From Aquificaceae bacterium (GTDB taxonomy: Bacteria > Aquificota > Aquificia > Aquificales > Aquificaceae), in NCBI GenBank assembly GCA_041640635.1, contig JBEPZX010000016.1:1-26687 (forward strand): 26,687 nucleotides of DNA, in the 5' to 3' direction. Every line of letters starts with the position of its first letter. Position 1 is the stretch's first letter. The notes under the pieces were generated by a model that did not search any database, was not told the DNA's origin, and saw only the letters and a list, made by a program, of their open reading frames with translations. A program made the position numbers and the translations under genes. Of this stretch, positions 1-9,017 are shown one piece after another.

Positions 1-292
1 TCTCTCCGTAAGTGTTGGAATAAGATTGGTAATATATGAAAAAATGGAGCTTCTCACCGTAGCGGTTCTTTGCTTTTTTTATGCCGTCTGCGATTTGTTT
101 TTTTAGAGGGATATCAATATCGAGGTGAGCAGGTCTTGTACCAGAAAAGCAATAAGTACATCCTCCTGTAGCTTTTGTGCCGTCAATATTAGGACACGTA
201 AAAGGCAAAGCTACTGTTATCTTTTGAACTCGCCTTCCGTATTTTTCTTTTAAGTAATCTTTTAAGGAAAAGTAAGGTTTAAGTAAACGCAT
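1..292 (-). CDS. TIGR01212 (YhcC-like) radical SAM protein, 5' part only (runs off window start)
   Basis: Not in the ORF track. Manual translation from ATG at 292: MRLLKPYFSLKDYLKEKYGRRVQKITVALPFTCPNIDGTKATGGCTYCFSG...FFIYYQSYSNTYGE. The CPNxDG-x4-GGCxYC motif is typical of the family. Confidence 0.88.
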   Translation of the reverse strand, partial: MRLLKPYFSLKDYLKEKYGRRVQKITVALPFTCPNIDGTKATGGCTYCFSGTRPAHLDIDIPLKKQIADGIKKAKNRYGEKLHFFIYYQSYSNTYGE

Positions 293-334
293 AATATTAA
301 AATATTTCATTATCTAAAGAATTAGGGGGGTAAA

Positions 335-2182
335 GTGAAAAAGAAATTGGCTGGCAAGTATATACTTACTTTTTCTATTGTGCTCATTCTTATATTTGGT
401 ATATCTATGTACACTTATAGGGAAATAGCTATAAAAAATTCTGAAGATCAGGCCAAGGTTGTAGCCGAGCTAGTAAGAGATACACTTACGTCATACATGG
501 TAATGGGAACCATAGACAAAAGAGATGTGTTTTTAGACAGCATATACCAAATACATAAAATTAAAGAAGTAAGAGTCATAAGAAGTGAATCAGTAAACAA
601 ACAATTTGGACCACCTAGGAGCAAGGAAATACCTATAGATGAATTAGAAAAAGTTGTTTTAACGGAAGGTGTAACAAAGGACATACTAAAGGAAGGAATC
701 AGGAATGTTGAATACACAGTCGTAATTCCCTACAAAGCTGAACTAACCAAAGGTGTAAACTGCTTAAGCTGTCATAAGGCTAAACCTGGAGAAGTTTTAG
801 GAGCTATAAAATTAACCGTAGACCTGACACCTACTAGGAATGATGCCTTAAATGCTGCAGCACTTTCCATTTTGCTCGCCGTTGGAGTAATGTTTGGATT
901 ATACAAGTATAGTATGCGTTTTTCTGAACCCTACATTCGCATTTTTAAGCAATCTAAGGAAGTTCTAAGTAAAGCCTTGCATGGAGATTTTAGCGGACGT
1001 GTTGATGTACTCACTAAAGATGAAGCTGGTAATATGGCAGATATGATGAATAAGGCTTTCGAGAACTTGTCTTATACCTTTACAGATATAGAAGAAAAGG
1101 TGAGAGCTATGATAGGTTATGGTGTTCTTAAAAGTGGAGATGTATTGAAGGATACATCTAAAATAGTAGACGAGCTTTTAAGAATATACATGTTCAAAAG
1201 GGTCGTAGAAAAAGATGCAACAAAAGATCAAGTGTATTCGAGAATTATTAGTCTCCTAAGAGATTACATGTCTTTTGACAAGTTTTCGGTGTATGAACTT
1301 GACAGCAAGAAAAATGCCATAAAGCCCATACATGTAGAAGGTGTAGAAGGTGATACAACTTGGTGCAATTCTGTAATTTTCGAGAGTGCTGATGAGTGCA
1401 GAGCAAAAAGAACAGGAATGGATGTAGATTCCACAGAATATACTTGTATATGTCCTTCCTTTTCCGGTGAATGCGAAAGTATAAACTACTACTGCATTCC
1501 TTTTTACACAGGTGGAACAATTGGTGGAGTGGTTCAAATAGTTTATGAAAAAGAAATGGAACCTTTTATACGAATGATGATTCCTTATTTGAAAGGATAT
1601 TTAAACGAAGCTTCACCCGTACTTGAAGCTAAGGGTTATATGGATATGCTAAGAGAGCAATCTTTGATTGACCAGCTTACAGGCCTGTATAATAGACGAT
1701 TTTTAGAAGAAATTTCCAGAAAGCTAAGTGCCCAAATTTTAAGAAGAAACTCTTCCCTAGGAATACTGATGATAGACATGGATTACTTCAAACAAGTAAA
1801 CGATGTTTATGGACATGATATAGGAGATAAGCTTCTTAGACACGTAGCTAACATAATCAAAAGCAACATAAGAGAAGCGGATATAGTTATCAGATACGGT
1901 GGAGAAGAGATATTGGTTCTTTTGGTGGATGTGGATAGGGACTCTGTAGAAAAGGTCGCCGAGAAGATAAGACAGGCCGTAGAACTTAACCCATTGGAAA
2001 TATCAGGTGGTGAAGTTTTGAGAAAGACTGTAAGTATAGGAATTTCCGTTTTTCCAGCAGATTCAGATAGGATATGGCAATGCATAAAGTTTGCTGATGT
2101 AGCACTTTACAAAGCTAAGGAGTTAGGAAGGAACAGAATTGTTAGATTTACACACGATATGTGGGAACACAAAGAATATTAA
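335..2182 (+). CDS. Membrane-bound diguanylate cyclase (periplasmic CXXCH heme-c sensor, HAMP, GAF-like, GGDEF)
   Basis: GTG start after AGGGGGG; two TM helices flank a periplasmic domain with NCLSCH; HAMP (GDFSGRV...DEAGNMA); C-terminal DQLTGLYNRR, DMDYFKQVNDVYGHDIGD, READ-x5-GGEEI, ADVALYKAKELGRN. Confidence 0.9.
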   Translation: MKKKLAGKYILTFSIVLILIFGISMYTYREIAIKNSEDQAKVVAELVRDTLTSYMVMGTIDKRDVFLDSIYQIHKIKEVRVIRSESVNKQFGPPRSKEIPIDELEKVVLTEGVTKDILKEGIRNVEYTVVIPYKAELTKGVNCLSCHKAKPGEVLGAIKLTVDLTPTRNDALNAAALSILLAVGVMFGLYKYSMRFSEPYIRIFKQSKEVLSKALHGDFSGRVDVLTKDEAGNMADMMNKAFENLSYTFTDIEEKVRAMIGYGVLKSGDVLKDTSKIVDELLRIYMFKRVVEKDATKDQVYSRIISLLRDYMSFDKFSVYELDSKKNAIKPIHVEGVEGDTTWCNSVIFESADECRAKRTGMDVDSTEYTCICPSFSGECESINYYCIPFYTGGTIGGVVQIVYEKEMEPFIRMMIPYLKGYLNEASPVLEAKGYMDMLREQSLIDQLTGLYNRRFLEEISRKLSAQILRRNSSLGILMIDMDYFKQVNDVYGHDIGDKLLRHVANIIKSNIREADIVIRYGGEEILVLLVDVDRDSVEKVAEKIRQAVELNPLEISGGEVLRKTVSIGISVFPADSDRIWQCIKFADVALYKAKELGRNRIVRFTHDMWEHKEY

Positions 2183-2195
2183 ACTTAATATATTA

Positions 2196-4454
2196 ATGAG
2201 GGATTTTGATTTAGAAAAACTGGAGTATAACAAGGTTAAGGAAAAAATAAAAGATTTTTGTAAATCTAGAGCAACTCTTTCTTTTATTGACCAGCTAAGG
2301 CCTAAAACTTCCAAAGAAGAAGTTATACGGGATTTGGAACTCTCAAAAGAGTTTTTCAAAATAGCAGAAAGGATAAATGTATATCCCTTTGAAGACATAA
2401 GGGAAAGCATAAAGAAATCAACAATAAAAGACTCTTATCTAAGTGTAGATGAGTTGATAGACCTTTTAAAAGTATTGAGACTCGTAAAGGACATAAGAAA
2501 AGAAATTGGCACATTCTTGAGAGATTATCCAAATCTACAAAGATTCATACGAAAGCTTCACCAATTCTCCAATATAGAGAACTTAATAGATACCTCTATA
2601 GACATAAGAGGCTTTGTAAAAGATACTGCGAGTGCAGAACTTAGTCAAATCAGAATACGCAAAAAAAGTGTAGAGAAGGAAATTCACAGCAGATTGGATT
2701 TTATCATTTCTCAACCAGATGCTCATAATTACTTGTCTGATAGACTAATAACATATAGAAATGGTAGATATACTATACCAGTAAAAACGAGTCAAGTAAA
2801 GAAGTTTGTAGGTATAGTTCATGGGACATCTTCATCTGGATACACAACTTATTTAGAACCTCAGAGCGTAGTCGAACTAAATAATCAACTTATAGAACTG
2901 AAACATAAAGAAGAAGAGGAAATAAAGAAAGTATTAAAACGTATAACATCTTACATAGGAAGCGAAGCATACAAACTTTTAGAAGCTTTCGAAGCATTAA
3001 TAAGTATAGATTACTTGAAAGCTCTTTATTCCTTTTCTATGCTAATAGATGCCAAATTCCCTACGTTAGGTGAAAAGATCTTTCTAAAAAATGCGAAACA
3101 TCCTTTGCTAGTGTTGATCAAAGATGTAACACCAATAAACATAGATTTCCATGATAAAAAGGGAATAGTTCTCACAGGTCCCAACACAGGTGGTAAAACA
3201 GTAGCACTTAAGACACTTGGACTTTGCATGTGTATGTTCCAATCTGGTATGCCTATTCCAGCAGACGAAGATAGTATTCTACCAATACTTTCCCAGATTT
3301 ATGTAGACATAGGAGATGAACAAAGTATAGAGCAAAGCTTATCTACCTTTTCTGCTCATGTATCCAACATATCGGAATTCTTAAAAAATTCAAATTCTGA
3401 TACTTTGGTTTTAATAGACGAATTGGGAGCCGGTACAGATCCTACGGATGGTTCAGCCCTAGGAATAGGTATACTCGAGTACCTTAAAAATAAAAATATG
3501 TGGGTATTTGCTACTACACACCACACACCTATAAAACTCTATGCTGTTAACAGCAATTATTACCTAACAGCTACTGTAAGTTTTAATAAGGAAACGCTAG
3601 AACCTCTTTATCACATAGTTTACGGTAGTGTAGGTGAAAGTATGGCATTTGAAGTAGCCAAAAGGTTTGGCATGCCAGAGGAAGTAATAGACATAGCAAG
3701 AAGACAGTTACCTGAAGAAGCCATGAATTATGCACAGGCAAGAGAAAGTTTAACACTCTACATAGAAGAGTATCAACAAAAACTGAAGGAAGTCGAGGAC
3801 TTAAAACAGGAGCTACAAAAGTTAAAAGCTCAAGAGGAAAAAATCCTTTCCGATATGGAAAGACAAAAAGAAGAAATCATAAAAGCCATCATAAAATCCA
3901 CCCAAGAGCATATGGAAAGTATACTGGCAGATATAGACAGAGCCATATCCTCCGCAAAGGAAAGACAAAGACTTAAAAACTTAGTTAAAGAAAAAAAGAA
4001 GGAAATACAACAACTCTTGAAAGAAGAGGAGATAAAGGTTGGAGATTGGGTAGAATTTATGGGCTCCGTAGGTAGAGTTATAGAAATCAAAGATAGCAAA
4101 GCAAGCGTAATAATAGGTAACGTTAAAGTATTTACGGAACTTTCTCAACTAAAAAGAACGGAAAAAATTCCAACATCAGAAGAAAAACTAACAATTGAGG
4201 TGCGCGGAGGGATACCTTTGGAAATAAACTTGACAGGTCTTACTATAGATGAAGCACTGTATAAGTTGGACTTTTTCTTAGAAGAATCTTACAAAACAGG
4301 TAGCAAAAGCGTAAAGGTCATACACGGGACAGGAGAGCTCAAAAAAATTATCCAGGATTACCTTTCCAACTCAAAATATGTAGTGTTTTACAGAAGTGCT
4401 TATCCAAAAGAAGGAGGCCTCGCAGCCTCCATAGTTTATTTGAGAAAAGATTAA
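2196..4454 (+). CDS. mutS2: Endonuclease MutS2
   Basis: TGPNTGGKT Walker A, DIGDEQSIEQSLSTFSAH, LIDELGAGTDP, coiled coil, KOW and C-terminal Smr domain (VIHGTG). Start placed at ATG 2196 rather than TTG 2139, which overlaps the upstream gene. Confidence 0.95.
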   Translation: MRDFDLEKLEYNKVKEKIKDFCKSRATLSFIDQLRPKTSKEEVIRDLELSKEFFKIAERINVYPFEDIRESIKKSTIKDSYLSVDELIDLLKVLRLVKDIRKEIGTFLRDYPNLQRFIRKLHQFSNIENLIDTSIDIRGFVKDTASAELSQIRIRKKSVEKEIHSRLDFIISQPDAHNYLSDRLITYRNGRYTIPVKTSQVKKFVGIVHGTSSSGYTTYLEPQSVVELNNQLIELKHKEEEEIKKVLKRITSYIGSEAYKLLEAFEALISIDYLKALYSFSMLIDAKFPTLGEKIFLKNAKHPLLVLIKDVTPINIDFHDKKGIVLTGPNTGGKTVALKTLGLCMCMFQSGMPIPADEDSILPILSQIYVDIGDEQSIEQSLSTFSAHVSNISEFLKNSNSDTLVLIDELGAGTDPTDGSALGIGILEYLKNKNMWVFATTHHTPIKLYAVNSNYYLTATVSFNKETLEPLYHIVYGSVGESMAFEVAKRFGMPEEVIDIARRQLPEEAMNYAQARESLTLYIEEYQQKLKEVEDLKQELQKLKAQEEKILSDMERQKEEIIKAIIKSTQEHMESILADIDRAISSAKERQRLKNLVKEKKKEIQQLLKEEEIKVGDWVEFMGSVGRVIEIKDSKASVIIGNVKVFTELSQLKRTEKIPTSEEKLTIEVRGGIPLEINLTGLTIDEALYKLDFFLEESYKTGSKSVKVIHGTGELKKIIQDYLSNSKYVVFYRSAYPKEGGLAASIVYLRKD

Positions 4455-5740
4455 CAGGTACCAGGTGCACCAGTACAATCAGCACACAGCTTTATAGGGT
4501 GAACCTTGAAGAAGATTTCTAAAGATTTTTCCTCAAAAGCTGGTGCAACATCACCGTGTCTAACTTTCCACATAAAGTACTTCTCAAAGGCAGACTTTGC
4601 TAAATGAGCTATGCGACCTTTCTTGAATAATACTCTATTTCTTGGTGGCAGTACCGGATCTGCTAAGAATCCTGCAGCATCTTCTCCCATATCGGCTATG
4701 CAGAATGCTGATAGCGATGGAGCGTATCTGTCTGGTGTGTTTCTTATGTCGTTGATTATATTGTGCGCAACTGCCATTGCCATCTGCTCTATCATCATAC
4801 CAGTTTTAGGTGCTCCTGTTGGTATAGGTGTCTGTTCAACAGGTGGAATTGCCGTTACTACACCTACACCGAATATGTTTTTGTATGTAGGATTTTGGAA
4901 GCATTTGTTAACTATTACCATCTTGTTAGCTGGGTTTGCCACTTTATCGCCTGCACTGGCAACTACTTCTGGTCCCATAAACCTTGGCATTATCATAGAA
5001 AGCTTAGCTGGTGCTTCGTACTTGTTTCCTTGGAGATCTTCGTATATCACTTTATCAGATTCCACTTTAGTTATTTTTACGTTTGCGATATGATTTATAC
5101 TTCTCTCGGCAAATAGGTCTTCCATTATTCTTCTTGATGCTCCAACGCCTGCTAAACCAAGGTGCCCTACGTAAGGCTCAGAAGTTATATAGGTTATAGG
5201 TACTTTTGTTCTTATACCTCTCTTCTTTAGTTCGTGATGCAACATAAAAGCAAACTCGTAAGCAGGTCCAAAACAGCTAACACCTGGTATAGCACCAACC
5301 ACTACGGGTCCAGGATTTTTGTAAAACTCTTCTAGTTTTTTGTTCAGTTCCATGGCGTGTTCTGCCGTGCAAACAGAGGTAGAGTACTGCTCCTGTCCTT
5401 CAGCTCCAAAGACGAGTTTTGGACCTGTTGCTATAACTAAGTAGTCATACTCTACAACCTTACCACTAGTGGTTGTAACCTTGTTGTTCTCTGGATCTAT
5501 AGTTTCAGCGTTTTCGTTAATAAAATCAATGTTGAACTTAGGTAAGAGTCCAGCCAACGGTATGCTAAGTTCATCGAACTTTCTCCAACCTAGAGCCAAA
5601 TGTGGCCAAGATGGAGTAAAACCAAAGTAAGGCCTTCCCGAAATTAGTGTAATACGCAGGCTTTTGTCTAACTTTCTAAGATCGTAAGCGGTAGATATAC
5701 CGCCTACACCACCGCCTATTATTACTACGTGCTTACTCAT
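4451..5740 (-). CDS. sqr: Sulfide:quinone oxidoreductase (type I, Aquifex-like)
   Basis: GGGVGG FAD-binding motif; Cys in TSVCTAEH, GVSCFGPAYE and AFCIAD; PKTGMMIEQM. SD GGAGG (5752-5748) fits the second ATG (5740) better than 5743. Confidence 0.95.
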   Translation of the reverse strand: MSKHVVIIGGGVGGISTAYDLRKLDKSLRITLISGRPYFGFTPSWPHLALGWRKFDELSIPLAGLLPKFNIDFINENAETIDPENNKVTTTSGKVVEYDYLVIATGPKLVFGAEGQEQYSTSVCTAEHAMELNKKLEEFYKNPGPVVVGAIPGVSCFGPAYEFAFMLHHELKKRGIRTKVPITYITSEPYVGHLGLAGVGASRRIMEDLFAERSINHIANVKITKVESDKVIYEDLQGNKYEAPAKLSMIMPRFMGPEVVASAGDKVANPANKMVIVNKCFQNPTYKNIFGVGVVTAIPPVEQTPIPTGAPKTGMMIEQMAMAVAHNIINDIRNTPDRYAPSLSAFCIADMGEDAAGFLADPVLPPRNRVLFKKGRIAHLAKSAFEKYFMWKVRHGDVAPAFEEKSLEIFFKVHPIKLCADCTGAPGTC

Positions 5741-5759
5741 CATAACACCTCCATAAGTT

Positions 5760-5778
5760 TTATAAGATAATCTTATAA
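5760..5778. promoter_or_regulatory. Perfect 9-1-9 inverted repeat, candidate operator for sqr
   Basis: TTATAAGAT-A-ATCTTATAA, lying between a minus-strand TATAAT (5783-5778) and the sqr SD. Confidence 0.5.
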
Positions 5779-5942
5779 TTATATAAAATTACCTTATCTT
5801 TAGATCTATCAGATTTTAATGTATGCAGAATATTTTTTGCAGAATTTTCGATAGTCATTTTAAGAGTCTGATGTAAAAAGTTTAAATTAATTATTATATA
5901 ATTAATCTATTATGCTATCCAAAACCTAGAGGAGGTTATACT

Positions 5943-6461
5943 ATGGAAACCTCAAGAAGAGACGTACTCGGACTAGCCATAGGAGGTCTGGGTGCTTTAG
6001 GTGTAGTTGGCGCATTATATCCGTTTGTTAAAACTTTAGCACCAAGTGCTGCATCATTAGCAGGAGCTGTTGTTGAAGTAGATGTATCGGCAATACCAGA
6101 AGGGCAGGTAAGAGTAGTCTCCTGGAAAGGAAAACCTGTATTTGTAGTTCGCTTACCACAGGGCTTCCAATGGCAAGGTAAAACAAAGGAAGAAAACAAT
6201 TCTAAACTTCTTCAAGGGCAGGATGCTTATGCTATGATAGCAGTTTGCACACATCTTGGTTGCATTCCTTTATGGAAACCACAAGGAGAAGGAGAATTTA
6301 ATTATCCTGTATTTCACTGTCCTTGCCATGGTGGATTCTATACACCCTGGGGAGACAATATAGCAGGACCACCACCAAGACCTCTTCAAGTACCACCTCA
6401 AAAAAGAGATGGAAACAAGCTAGTTATAGGGGAAGCTGGATTTGTCAAAGAACTAACATAA
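5943..6461 (+). CDS. petA: Cytochrome bc1 complex Rieske Fe-S subunit
   Basis: Tat-like SRRDVL plus TM helix; CTHLGC and CPCHGG boxes; GPPPRPL; SD GAGGAGG. Confidence 0.96.
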   Translation: METSRRDVLGLAIGGLGALGVVGALYPFVKTLAPSAASLAGAVVEVDVSAIPEGQVRVVSWKGKPVFVVRLPQGFQWQGKTKEENNSKLLQGQDAYAMIAVCTHLGCIPLWKPQGEGEFNYPVFHCPCHGGFYTPWGDNIAGPPPRPLQVPPQKRDGNKLVIGEAGFVKELT

Positions 6462-6474
6462 AGGAGGTATAGCA

Positions 6475-7665
6475 ATGTTAGGGAAGATTGGAAAATGGAT
6501 CGATGAAAGAGGAAAGTTTGGTGATCTTTGGCGTTCCCAAATGGTAGAATACAAAGTTCCTAAAAACCTTACTTTTCCTTACGCATTTGGAGTTATGGCC
6601 ATAGTAGCTTTCGCTATTCAAATAATTTCTGGAATTTTCTTGACTATGTATTATCAACCAGATGTGCATTTAGCGTTCGATAGTGCTAACTATACAATAA
6701 TGAAAGAAGTTCCATTTATGTGGTTAATAAGACATATACATGCAGCGGGAGCTAACTTCTTCTTAGCAATAGTATACCTTCATATACTTACAGGGATATA
6801 TTATAATGCTTACAAAAAACCAAGAGAGCTTACCTGGATAGTAGGTTGGGCTATATACTTTGTTTTGTTAATGACCGCGCTCTCCGGATATCTACTTCCA
6901 TGGGGTCAGCTATCTTATTGGGGAATGGTAGTTACCACAGAAATACCAACATCTATACCTGGGGTAATAGGAGAAACAATATCGGTATGGATGAAAGGTG
7001 GATACGAGCTTGGACAAATAACCCTTGGAAGATTCTTTGGCTTGCACATATGGCTCTTGCCCCTTACTCTATTAGGTTTGGTAAGTTTACATCTATACCT
7101 AGTTAGAGCAAATGGCATATCTAACCCAGAAGGGAAGGAAATAGACAAGAAAAAGGAAGGAATACCTTTCCATCCATATATTACCTTAAAGGAAGGTGCT
7201 TACGTAATGTGGTATTTGGCTATATTTTTCTTCTTTGTGTTCTTCCATATGAGCCACTTTTTACCCGCTGACAACTATGAACCAGCAGATCCATTTAAGA
7301 CACCTCCTCATATAGCCCCAGAGTGGTATCTTTTAGCTTTTTATACCATATTTAGGTCCATTCCAGACAAATTCCTTGGTTTTGTTGTTTTCAATATAGC
7401 ACTTGTATTGTTACTTATTATTCCTTTCTTAGATTTCTCACCTATCAAAAGTGCAAGAAACAGACCACTGTTCTTCATTGCTTTTGTTGTATTAGTAATA
7501 TCTTCCATAGCTCTGACTATCCTCGGAACGATGGCACCTACACCAACTAATGCTATGCTTGGAATGATATTCACTGTTGGTTTTATAGGTTTCTTTTTAG
7601 CTCTACCCGTCATTTCAATTTTAGAATGGGGATGGTACAAAGCCAGAGGAGGTAAAACACAATGA
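6475..7665 (+). CDS. petB: Cytochrome bc1 complex cytochrome b
   Basis: RHIHAAGAN...YLH and GLH...SLH heme b ligands, GYLLPWGQLSYWG, PEWY Qo motif; SD AGGAGG. Confidence 0.97.
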   Translation: MLGKIGKWIDERGKFGDLWRSQMVEYKVPKNLTFPYAFGVMAIVAFAIQIISGIFLTMYYQPDVHLAFDSANYTIMKEVPFMWLIRHIHAAGANFFLAIVYLHILTGIYYNAYKKPRELTWIVGWAIYFVLLMTALSGYLLPWGQLSYWGMVVTTEIPTSIPGVIGETISVWMKGGYELGQITLGRFFGLHIWLLPLTLLGLVSLHLYLVRANGISNPEGKEIDKKKEGIPFHPYITLKEGAYVMWYLAIFFFFVFFHMSHFLPADNYEPADPFKTPPHIAPEWYLLAFYTIFRSIPDKFLGFVVFNIALVLLLIIPFLDFSPIKSARNRPLFFIAFVVLVISSIALTILGTMAPTPTNAMLGMIFTVGFIGFFLALPVISILEWGWYKARGGKTQ

Positions 7666-8291
7666 TTAAAACTATATTCTTCACGGCGCTAACGTTGGTA
7701 TTTTTCTTCATAATTTGGTTTTACAACCCTTTTATACACCGTGAAACTTACGAAATCCCTAGCGAACACATGGCTATAATAAACGATTATGCTAAATACG
7801 CCAAAGAAGGAAGAGAACTCTTCCAACAAAATTGCCAAGTATGCCACTCGGTAAGGTACGATTCTATATATTTAGCTTCTGCAGAAGCAAATCCTAATAT
7901 GTCTGTTTTAAAAGAAAAGTATGGCAAAGTCTTACCGAAAAGCGTCTATGAAGCCTCTTTTCATTCTGATTTGATGTCCTTAAAGGAATCTTTTGGTAAA
8001 GTTCCTCCAGATCTATCTACTGCTTACCTTTCAAAAGGTCCTCAATATCTATATGCTTTCATACTTGAGCCGCAAAAAGTCTTACCAGGTACTACCATGC
8101 CTGCTGTTATGGTAGGCAGACCAGAAGAAACAGCCAAGATAATTGCATACTTAAGATCTGTTTCTGAGCCAAGCCAACAAGAAAAAAGTAAGAGAACTCT
8201 CATGGGAGTTGTCACTATAGGTTATCTCGTTATAATGGGCATCCTACTATATCTCTGGAGGAAGAAAAAAGTTAAAGAGATGGGCCTTTAG
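7662..8291 (+). CDS. petC: Cytochrome c1
   Basis: CQVCH, PPDLS, PGTTMP (Met ligand), N- and C-terminal TM helices; ATGA overlap with petB. Confidence 0.93.
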   Translation: MIKTIFFTALTLVFFFIIWFYNPFIHRETYEIPSEHMAIINDYAKYAKEGRELFQQNCQVCHSVRYDSIYLASAEANPNMSVLKEKYGKVLPKSVYEASFHSDLMSLKESFGKVPPDLSTAYLSKGPQYLYAFILEPQKVLPGTTMPAVMVGRPEETAKIIAYLRSVSEPSQQEKSKRTLMGVVTIGYLVIMGILLYLWRKKKVKEMGL

Positions 8292-8300
8292 CAAAGTAAT

Positions 8301-8329
8301 GGCACCCTTCTAAGGGTGCTTATTTTTTT
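8301..8329 (+). terminator. Rho-independent terminator after petABC
   Basis: Hairpin GCACCCTT-CT-AAGGGTGC (8302-8319) followed by TTATTTTTTT, between convergent genes. Confidence 0.75.
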
Positions 8330-9017
8330 AAGGATTAAAAGGAGGCTTTTCGGACCACACTGATATAAAACCTTTTGGATCTGTTTTGATGTAGTTTTCA
8401 GCAAATATTATTACATAATCTTTAACTATAACCTTTCCCCAAACTTCTATCCAATCGCCCACTCTGGGACCACTTATCCCATGAACTTCAACTTCTACAG
8501 GAGTAGCATCAGCTACGCAACAAGTTATAAAGCTTCTTTGTAGAGTTAAGGTATTCCCATATACATTTTCCACCTTGCCAACCGTTTTAAATTTGTAGGA
8601 ATTCAGAAGGTATGGATGATTTTTCGCTAGGAGCCATAGCTCAAATAGATTGAGCTTCACATAGCCGTATTCATCAACTGGTAAAAACTCAATGGGTTTA
8701 ACCTTCTTTATTTCTACTTGTTTTATTTCTTTTATAACGTTTTTATTTACGTTTTGCAACTCAGAGGGATTGACCAATAGGAAAAGTATTGCCGGGTATA
8801 CGTAAAGTATTCCCAAAAGTAGCTTTTTCACTTTCCCTTTTAAACTTGTGTAGTTTTCAGTAAGGTTTCCCAAGGCAAGCAAAAACAGCCCCATCGAAGC
8901 TCCGCTAAAGTATACCGTCCAGTAAAGCTTTGGAGACAGCAAAAGCTCCAGTTTTTTGGTGGATATTATGTAAAGACATAGAGCGGAAATTCCAACAAAG
9001 GTTACAAGGTGTGTCAT
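8328..9017 (-). CDS. TIGR03943/DUF1980 (YcgQ-like) putative permease subunit
   Basis: Three N-terminal TM helices with LLSPK; soluble domain with RSFITCCVADA and GDWIEVWG. Start set at ATG 9017 (ATGA overlap with the permease stop). Confidence 0.82.
   Translation of the reverse strand: MTHLVTFVGISALCLYIISTKKLELLLSPKLYWTVYFSGASMGLFLLALGNLTENYTSLKGKVKKLLLGILYVYPAILFLLVNPSELQNVNKNVIKEIKQVEIKKVKPIEFLPVDEYGYVKLNLFELWLLAKNHPYLLNSYKFKTVGKVENVYGNTLTLQRSFITCCVADATPVEVEVHGISGPRVGDWIEVWGKVIVKDYVIIFAENYIKTDPKGFISVWSEKPPFNP

Noticed and set aside
2139..2195. Longer TTG-started N-termini for mutS2 (also mqnE 15165 and the cytochrome 14287)
   Set aside because: The mutS2 and mqnE extensions overlap upstream genes, and none of the three adds recognisable family sequence; the downstream ATGs give better N-termini.
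335..4454. Apparently lower GC in the left part of the window as a horizontal-transfer signal
   Set aside because: This is a by-eye impression only; the genes are typical chromosomal ones, with no integrase, transposase, tRNA or flanking repeats. A sliding-window GC/codon analysis would be needed.
4451..4490. C-terminal CADC...C of SQR as a heme or metal site
   Set aside because: There is no His after the CXXC; equivalent C-terminal Cys residues in Aquifex-type SQR are known as structural disulfides.
4611..5093. Long antisense ORFs in the track (e.g. 4611..5093, 10776..11147, 15321..15722, 20586..20939)
   Set aside because: They are shadows of well-supported genes on the opposite strand, with no motifs or ribosome-binding sites.
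5886..5906. ATTAATTAT-TAT-ATAATTAAT inverted repeat upstream of petA
   Set aside because: It is A/T-only in a very AT-rich intergenic region, so chance symmetry or a simple -10 region is a sufficient explanation.
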